Origin: a virus
Taxonomy: Duplodnaviria > Caudoviricetes
IMG/VR virus record: IMGVR_UViG_3300017754_000810
Location: 1-27,058 of that record
Reading direction: 5' to 3' (one strand)
Length of the DNA stretch: 27,058 nucleotides
Shown piece after piece: positions 7,038 to 15,200 of this stretch (positions are counted from its first letter, which is position 1; each line of letters starts with the position of its first letter). The notes below the pieces were generated by a model. The model did no database searches and had not been told where the DNA came from. It saw only the letters and a list, made by a program, of their open reading frames with translations. The translations under genes were made by a program, and so were the position numbers.

Positions 7038-9275
7038 ATGCAATTAGAAGAACTATCTAATATCTCTGACAATCTGGCGATGATGCCAGACCCTGCTTTG
7101 CAGCAGTTTGCTCAGATGCACAAGACTGACCCCTACATGGTGTCACTGGCGTTGAGCGAAAGCAACCGCCGCAAAAAGATGCGCACAGCGGCTCAAGGTC
7201 AGGCTGGCGCTGCCCCGCAACCTAAAGTAGTCGACTCTGCAATTCAAAGCATGTCGCCAGCACCCGCACCTGTTGCGCAAACACAACTGCCCGAAAACCA
7301 AGGCATTGCGCAGATCCCTGCACCTAACATGAAGACTTTGGCTGACGGCGGTATTGCAGGTTACGGGGACGATGAAGAAGGTATGGCTACCGGCGGTATG
7401 GGCGGCATGTTTAACTTTGCTCAGCAAAGCGAGCCTGTGGTTCGTATGGCTGAAGGCGGTGTGCCGGGCTATGCAAACGGTAAAGACATTAAAGTTTATG
7501 AAGACCGCATCCGTGCAGAAGCTGTTCGTCAAGGCATTGATCCTGACTTAGCTGTACGCTTGTTTACGCAAGAGTCAAGAGGCGACAAAAACGCAGTATC
7601 TCCCAAAGGTGCAGCCGGTCTCGGCCAACTAATGATTCCTGCGGCTAAAGAAATGGGGCTTACTCCAGCCGAGCGCTTTGATCCAGATAAAAACATTCCT
7701 GCGTCTATTGGATACTTGAAAAAGCAGTTGGTAAAATACAACGGCGATCCAGAGAAAGCTTTAGCCGCTTACAACTGGGGCGGTGGTAATGTAGATAAGC
7801 ATTTAGCCAAAAACGAAGGCAGACTAAACAGAATTGGATTGCCCAAAGAAACCGCAGATTACCTGACAAAAATTCTGCCTATGGGTTCTGCCAGAGCCGA
7901 AGACGTTCCTCAAGCTGGTAAGCCTGCGTCAGCACAAGCAAAAGCGGCTCCTGCACTGCCCGAAGGTTTGACTGAAAAAGAAATTGAAGCGTTAAGCAAA
8001 CCCGCATTTGTTACGCCATCTTCAGGTAAAGGCCGTAAAGAAGGTAAGCTGTCCGAAGTTATTAAGTCTGGTGAAGCACCGCGTCAAATGATGCTGGGTG
8101 TGGGCGACTTACCTTATAACCTTGCCGGCGCCCCCATGGATATTGGATACAGTGTCAGTAAAGCGTTTGGTAACAAAGGCCCAGCGCCAATGCTTGGCAG
8201 TGAGCACTTAAAACAACTGGGCACTAAATACCTAGGGCGTGAAGCGGATTCAACCGACCCCACATTGAAAGGTTTCCGTACTGCCGGTGAGTTGGGTAGC
8301 ATGGTTGTTGACCCTTTCTCTGCAACCCGTAAAGTAGCGCAGACCGCTGAAGGTCTGGAAGCCCTAGCCCTTGCACAGAGAGCTAAAGTGGCTGAAGCAG
8401 AAGCTAAAGTAGCTACACCTGTGAGCATGCGCCTTGAGCCACCTCGTACAGAACCCCCTGTTATGGTTGCTGATGCGCAAGGTCGTATCATGCCTGCAGA
8501 TACCCGCGCCCGTGTACAACAAGCCTTGGCTGACGAAGCCGCTGTGGGTACGGAAGCTGCAAAAGCTGCCCAGTTGGAAAAACAAGCCGCCGCTTATCCC
8601 GGCTCCATGCAACGTGCAGAAATGCTCCAGAAAGCAGAATTGTCAGACAAAGTGCGTGGTGTGGGTACAGCCGCTAAAGTTGGTGATTCAGAAACAATGC
8701 GTAAACTGGGCATCATTACAGAGCGCCCTGAAGTTGGTGAGTCTGTTTCTGGTACGTATGACACCACAATGCCACCACCCAAGGATATTGTAGAAGCCGC
8801 CAAAGAAGCAACCCCCGCCAAGGAGCGTAAAGGCTTTGGAGATGATGATCTGCTGATGTTGGGTCTGAGCTTGATGGCTAACAAGTCACCAAACTTTATG
8901 ACTGCTCTGGGTGAAGCCGGCATCCAGACCCTAGGTGCTAAACGTGAGCGTGAGAAGGGTGAGACTGAGAAAGAGTACCGCCAAGCTCTGATTGAGCAAG
9001 CTAAGCGCCCAGCCAACGAAGTCCAGTTGATTGAAAAATACCGTGACGATCCCAAGTTCCGTCAAGCGTACGACATGTTTGCACAGTCTAAACGTGAGCC
9101 ACAGACACGCGAGTCGTTGCTTAAATCATGGTCAGCAAGTCCTTTCTTGCAGACCACCTACCAAAATCCTGAAGACTATATTAAAATGATGTCAGCCGCC
9201 GCAAGCGGTGGGGCTCCGGGCTCACAATTAAGCTCGTCAGATCAAAGTCTGATACAAAAATATCTAATCAGGTAA
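7038..9275 (+). CDS. Virion-associated ejection protein with a soluble lytic transglycosylase (SLT) domain, 745 aa
   Basis: SLT motifs QES (catalytic Glu codon at 7572), AVSPKGAAGLGQLM, ALAAYNWGGGNV and PKETADY in ~7495-7875. Confidence 0.88.
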   Translation: MQLEELSNISDNLAMMPDPALQQFAQMHKTDPYMVSLALSESNRRKKMRTAAQGQAGAAPQPKVVDSAIQSMSPAPAPVAQTQLPENQGIAQIPAPNMKTLADGGIAGYGDDEEGMATGGMGGMFNFAQQSEPVVRMAEGGVPGYANGKDIKVYEDRIRAEAVRQGIDPDLAVRLFTQESRGDKNAVSPKGAAGLGQLMIPAAKEMGLTPAERFDPDKNIPASIGYLKKQLVKYNGDPEKALAAYNWGGGNVDKHLAKNEGRLNRIGLPKETADYLTKILPMGSARAEDVPQAGKPASAQAKAAPALPEGLTEKEIEALSKPAFVTPSSGKGRKEGKLSEVIKSGEAPRQMMLGVGDLPYNLAGAPMDIGYSVSKAFGNKGPAPMLGSEHLKQLGTKYLGREADSTDPTLKGFRTAGELGSMVVDPFSATRKVAQTAEGLEALALAQRAKVAEAEAKVATPVSMRLEPPRTEPPVMVADAQGRIMPADTRARVQQALADEAAVGTEAAKAAQLEKQAAAYPGSMQRAEMLQKAELSDKVRGVGTAAKVGDSETMRKLGIITERPEVGESVSGTYDTTMPPPKDIVEAAKEATPAKERKGFGDDDLLMLGLSLMANKSPNFMTALGEAGIQTLGAKREREKGETEKEYRQALIEQAKRPANEVQLIEKYRDDPKFRQAYDMFAQSKREPQTRESLLKSWSASPFLQTTYQNPEDYIKMMSAAASGGAPGSQLSSSDQSLIQKYLIR

Positions 9276-9279
9276 CAGC

Positions 9280-12200
9280 ATGGAACTCAGCCAAGTACTT
9301 CAAGCCCTTCGTAACGCGGATGCTGCAGGAGATACGGAGGCGGCGCAGAGACTGGCTGAGATTGCAAATGGCATGATTCAGCGTCAGCAGGCAAAACCTG
9401 CTACGCCAGAAGCTAAACCTGAGTCTGGATTTTTACCCGCGCTGTCTTCGGGCGTTGAGCGTATTAAAGGCCAAGCCGCTGCGCTTGCTGGCCGTGCAGG
9501 TCTTACCGACATAGACGCGGCTGAAGCCTACTACAAAGCCCAAGAAGAAAAAGCCGGCAAAATTTTTCAACCTACAGAAAAAGGTTGGACTGAAGCACCC
9601 CTTACAAAGCTTGGCGAACTGGCTGGCGGCTCTATCCCCTACATGGTTGCCCCTGCTGTTGCAGGCGTTGCTGGCGCTATTGCCGCCCCCGGAGCCGCTA
9701 TTGCCGGCCTTGGTGCTGGAACATTAAGCGCTTTTGGTGCGGGTGCTACACAATTTACGGGAACCAACTTAGCCCGTCAGATGGATACGGGCAAGCGTCT
9801 GGCTGAGACAGACATTGGAGCCGCCGCCCTTGCCGCTGTGCCACAAGCCGCCCTTGATACGTTTGCCTTAAGGATGATTCCCGGTATTAAAGGGTTGTTT
9901 GGTCAAGCTGGACAAAAACTTACAAATGCTGAAGCTAAGGCAATTGCAAACCAAGGATTAGGGAAAACCCTACAAGACTATGCACTCAGTACCGGCAAGG
10001 TCATGGGCGCTGAAGGTTTAACAGAAGCCGGCCAACAAGTCTTTGAGCGTTTACAAGCAGGGTTGCAGCTTACAGACGAAGAAGCCCGTCAGGAGTATTT
10101 TGACAACTTTATTGGCGGCGCTGTACTGGGCGGTGTGTTGGCCCCCGCAGGGCGTTTTTCTGAGCGTAGTGGTATTCAAAAGCAAGCCAAACTTGCAGAA
10201 ATCCAAGACCGCGTTAAAGCCGCGGCTGAGAAAGCACAGGCCAAAGCACAGCCAGCAGAAGTTGAAGGCGAGATCCCTGCCGAAGCGCTTGAGCCAGCGA
10301 TGTTGCAGTTGCCTGCACCCACACCTACCCCTCCAGCACCCCCTGCACCTATAGTCGAGACGACACGCCCCGGCGCAGTTATTGCCTCTTCAGATACGCG
10401 TACCCCTGCATCCACCCAGCAGTTTAATCTTAGCCGTGCCATGGAAGAGCACGACAATTTGCGTACGCAATTTAGCAATTTAGAAGATCAGATGACTAAG
10501 GCGACTCCTGATGAGTTTGCCAAACTGCACCCTGTGTATGTGGAAACCAAGACCAAGATGGAACAGCTTGGCGCTCAGATCAATACGGCTGGGGGTGTTG
10601 CCGCCAGTGAGACAGATTTTGAGAAGCAGGCTAGCCAGACCTTGACAAAACTAACAAAGCAGTTTGAGGACGCCAAGCAAAAAGGCGATATGGAGAAGGC
10701 CAACAAACTTGCGTTGGCTATTAAGGACGCTACAGCCGACTTTGAAAACCGCCGTGGTGCATTGGCAGCAAAAGCTGAAGGCCAAACCAAACGTGGTGAG
10801 ACGCGTGATCTGTTTACCGAAGAGCCAGAGCAACCCGCTGGCGAGAAACTGCGGTATGAAAATTACAAAAAAGAACCTGTCAGCACCGGCATAGCGGCAT
10901 CCAAAGAAGAGGCCATGGGTGTGGGCGAGAAGAAGCCTACTAAGTCTGAAGTTATCAGCGAAGAAGCCATCATGAGCGCCCAGAAGAAACTGGACGCAGC
11001 CAACGCCGCCTTGCCTGCCCTGACAAAAGCCAAAGATCAAGCGGGCATCGATGCCAAGACCAAAGAAATTAACGTGCTAGAGGCAGAACTTAACCGCTTG
11101 CACATTGGCCGCCGGCCAAAACTTGCCGCTGATGACATCTTCAGCAAGCAAAACGTCATGCGTACGGCTATTAACCAAGGCGACTTTGAAACAGTTCTCG
11201 AAGTAGCAGAGCCCGTTACGGAAGAAGTTCGAGCAGAAAGAAAGCAAGCGTCAGAAGCAGAACGCGCAGTTCGTGAGAACTTGACTAAGGCTTTGGATGA
11301 GCGCCTGAACTTGGCGGGTACAAAGCGAACTCTTGTTGTTGATGAAGATACGTACCAGCGCACAATGGATGAGATTAAGGCGCTTGCCCGTCACGTTGAG
11401 TTTCCCCAAGGCAATGCCAAAAAGTCTGTGCTTCAGATGTTGCAGGACATTACAGACGAGCACGCGCGTCTAAGCGCAAGGCTTGAGTCTGGTATTGCTG
11501 AACCCACTTTAAGAGAAAAGACTGCGGCACTTCAGGCTAAATTAGGTAAGGGCGAAGCCCCCGCAGCCAACCGCCAGATGGACGCAAGTGAGCGCCACAA
11601 CGTACGCCGTAAATTGGATTCGTTGGTCAAACGCTACAACGCTTTGGAAACCAGCAAGGTTGCCCCATACCGCGAAAAGATTTATTCCTTGTACAACGGC
11701 ATGTTCAAAACAGAGCCTGCCCAAACATCAGACCAACTTAAGGCGGCAAAAGCCGCCGAGTCTGAGCGTCAGGTTGCATCTACAAAAAAAACAGGCACAC
11801 CAAAAGAAGGAAACAAAGGCGTTGGTGCGGTTGTTAGTAAGGCTACCAAAACAGTTACGCGTATAAGAGCCGGGGATTTCCGCAAAGAAGCCATGAAGAC
11901 AGTGGAACTGTCCCAGTTGGCGCGTGAGTTGGGAGAAAAGACACCCGAATACCAAGCCTATGCTGCCGACACTGCCAAACGTTTAGGTAAGATGGTTGAC
12001 AAGTACGGCAAAGACGACAAGGCTGTTAACGCGTACCGCATTGAGATTACAAGCGAGCGTCCTATCAAAGCGGAAGAACTTGGCCGCAAGTCGCCTGAGT
12101 ACAAAAAAGCTTTGGAGGCGCAGGCTAAAAAACTTAAAGAGGCTGTCAAAGGTACAGGTCTCTTGGAGATCCCATCCAAGCGCACACCGCAAGTTACCCG

Positions 12201-15200
12201 CAAAGCTACAGGTGCTCCCGGCCAGTTCCGTACTTCCACGGCAGAAAGCAAAGCCGAGACAGAGCAACGCGTTCAGCGTTACAACCGCCTCAAAGGGATT
12301 AAGAAAGATTTTGATGAGGGGATTGCCTCTGAAAGAGAACTGCCAGCCCGTGGCGTAGAGGGCGCAACCCCTGACCTGACAGAAACCCAAGTCACTGCGC
12401 TTGAGAACAATGATGTTCGCAAAGCCCTGAATGACATGGCCAAGGATCCCCGTACAAGCAAGCTAAACAGCATCGTGGCAACACGTTTGGCTGGGCTTCT
12501 TGATACAACTGATATTGTTTTGAAAGACACGTTGGTTGACAACGAAGGCAACCCAGTCTATGGCGCAGCCAACATCAAGCGTAACCGCATCACATTGAGC
12601 CGCGATGGTGGCCTGTCACAAGAGATTTTGTTACACGAAGGTACACACATTGGTGCTGAGCGTGTGATTCTCCAGTACGAGACAGATCCATCCAAGCTGA
12701 CAGAGCTTCAGCGCGTAGCTGTGCGTGAGTTGATGGCCATCCATGCCGCAGTTAAGAACGATCCACGCATTACCAGCACCAACGCCAAGGGTAGTTTGTC
12801 TGAGTTTGTGGCTGAGATCATGTCCAACCGTGTTTTGCAAGAGCAAATGCGTACCAAGGCTTGGAGAATGTCTGACGCATGGAATGGCTTTAAGAGCGTC
12901 ATCTTGCGCATGCTGGGCATTGAGAAGCCCGAGACAATGTTGGGCGTTGCTATTCAGTCTGTCGATGCTATCTTTGTTCCTGCCAGTGCCAAGGTTGAAG
13001 TCAAACCTTCTGGCCAGCGTAAGTTAGCGCAGAAAGACATAGCCGCTTTGCATACCGGTAGTAATTCGATGAAGCAGTTTGCCGAACAGTTTGGCCCTGA
13101 CATCAAGCAGAAAGACCGCACAGTACAAGACGCAGAGCGTATCGGCACAGAGTACATGGACAAGATGTACAACGAGCCATACGACTACGTACAAAGAGCA
13201 GACCCAGACAAGCTTGACTATACGTCTGCCACCACCATGTCTGACGGCAAGCAGTTTGACCCTGATAACGCTCTGCACTATGTTGAAGCTGACGCGGCAG
13301 TGTTTGCTAACTTGAAGGCACAGGAAGACTGGGACTTGCGTGACAGAGAAGCCACGGCAATTAACGTCCAACGCAAGAAAGATTTGAAGTCTTTAATTAA
13401 AAACTTGATGGATGAGCCATCTTACACAACGGTGGAGCAGGCGTTGGTGGCAAGGGCTGCGGCTAAGTACGCTGTGTTGTCTGATAAAGGAGGCCGTTTA
13501 AAGTTAGCGTCTATTGAATCTAATAACCGCCACAACATTGCTGTGGTAAGCGCCGAAGATGCTGGGCATGTTATCCAAGAACTGCGTGCAGGCAAAGGTT
13601 TGAAACAAGCATTCCTTGATGGTATGCAAAAGAACGCCGACGAAAACGCCAAGAAAAACGGCAACAAAAACGGTTGGCAAAAGTTTAATCAGGTTAACCC
13701 CAAGCGTGAACTGAATACGGACATACCCGCAGAACCGGGAAGAGCGCGTTTAAAGTACAAGCCTGTAGAAAGTATTGAGAAAGCTGCCGCTGCTCTTAAC
13801 GCTGGTGCTGCTGGAACTCCTTGGTGCACAGGCGCTAGTGTTAGCACAGCGCGTGGACAAATTGAGCGTGGTGACTTCTATATCTACTATCAAAACGGCA
13901 AGCCAGAAGTTGCTGTGCGCATGGACGGATCTAACAAGATTGGAGAGATTCGCGGTAACTCCCCTAATCAAGCACTGTCTAAACCTCAACAAGAAATTGC
14001 GTTTAACTTTTTGAACAGTAACAATTTTGAAGGCGCGGAAAAATACACCTCTGAGTTTGCAAAAAAACAACTGTTGATTGACGTTTTAACCAACAAACGC
14101 GAACTGACCCCGCAAGAATTAGCGTCTTCTGCTGATTGGAATTTGGTTAGTAATGGCGAACTGTCTGATTACAAAGTTAAAAATTTATTTAATTTCCGTA
14201 CAGTAGACGGCTACGGCGGTCGCCCCGCTGCGTCCGATAAAGTCATTAAAGAGCTTACTGACAAATTAAATTTTGCGTACACAAATGCGTACGAGCAAAA
14301 CTATTTTGTTGGGGCGCCTATCTCTTTAAGGCCGACAGAACCTGATACCGTACACAAGTTTAAATTTAATGGCCAAGAGTACACAGCAAGTCAAGACGAA
14401 ATCAAAGCCGTTGGCACTATCGGTATTAGTTCGTGGAAACCAGTAGACGAATTTACAACGTTGCCTGCGCTAGAGTACGTTAACAAAATTGACATATTTA
14501 GCGCCACTAAACTGTCTTTGCCCCTGATTAAAAACGTAAATGAACTAACCGTATTTAGTGCTGTAGATGGCAATGGCAAGCCGTTACAAGCTGAAGTTGC
14601 GTTGGCTAATGGCAGTGTTGTTAGAAACGCCCAAGCTTGGGGGGATAACCCTGCGCATGTAAAAATTACAGGCGCAACTCAGTTTATTGACGTACGAAAA
14701 CTTGGCAATGCTTTCCGCCCATTACATCTAGTAGCGCCTGACGCGCTGTATGTAAACGTACAAAAAAATGACGGTAACATAGTTAGTCTGGCAAACGTTC
14801 TTGCTGCGAATTTGCAATCAGCGGTAAAGAAAAAATTAAGCAATGCGGGGCTGACACGATTTAACACCGATATTCCTTTTGAAGATCTTGACCCTTCAAC
14901 ACGCAAAGCGGCTGAAAGTTTCTTTAAAGACGCTGGCAAGCGGATTGATTCTAAGTTTATAAACGATGTGTACGACAGACTTGGTGGTGAAAGCGGCACT
15001 ATCAATGCAGAAAATGTTGCTGAGTTTTTTGGATTGATGGCTACGGAAAAACGCGGCATGTTTAGTCGCGGTGAAGATTTGTCTTTAAAAGATGCAATGA
15101 CTGTTGTTGCTAAATTTAACGATTTGTTTAATTCTTCAGACAGAATTGGTTCAGACATAGGCAACATTACAGCGCCCAAGATGATTGCCGAAGCACCGCC

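Noticed and set aside
9307-10710. Possible internal repeat of A..GD.E.A..LA (N-terminus and ~10669-10710) in the giant protein
   Set aside because: The similarity is short and lies in Ala/Lys/Glu-rich helical sequence; it cannot be told apart from compositional coincidence by eye.
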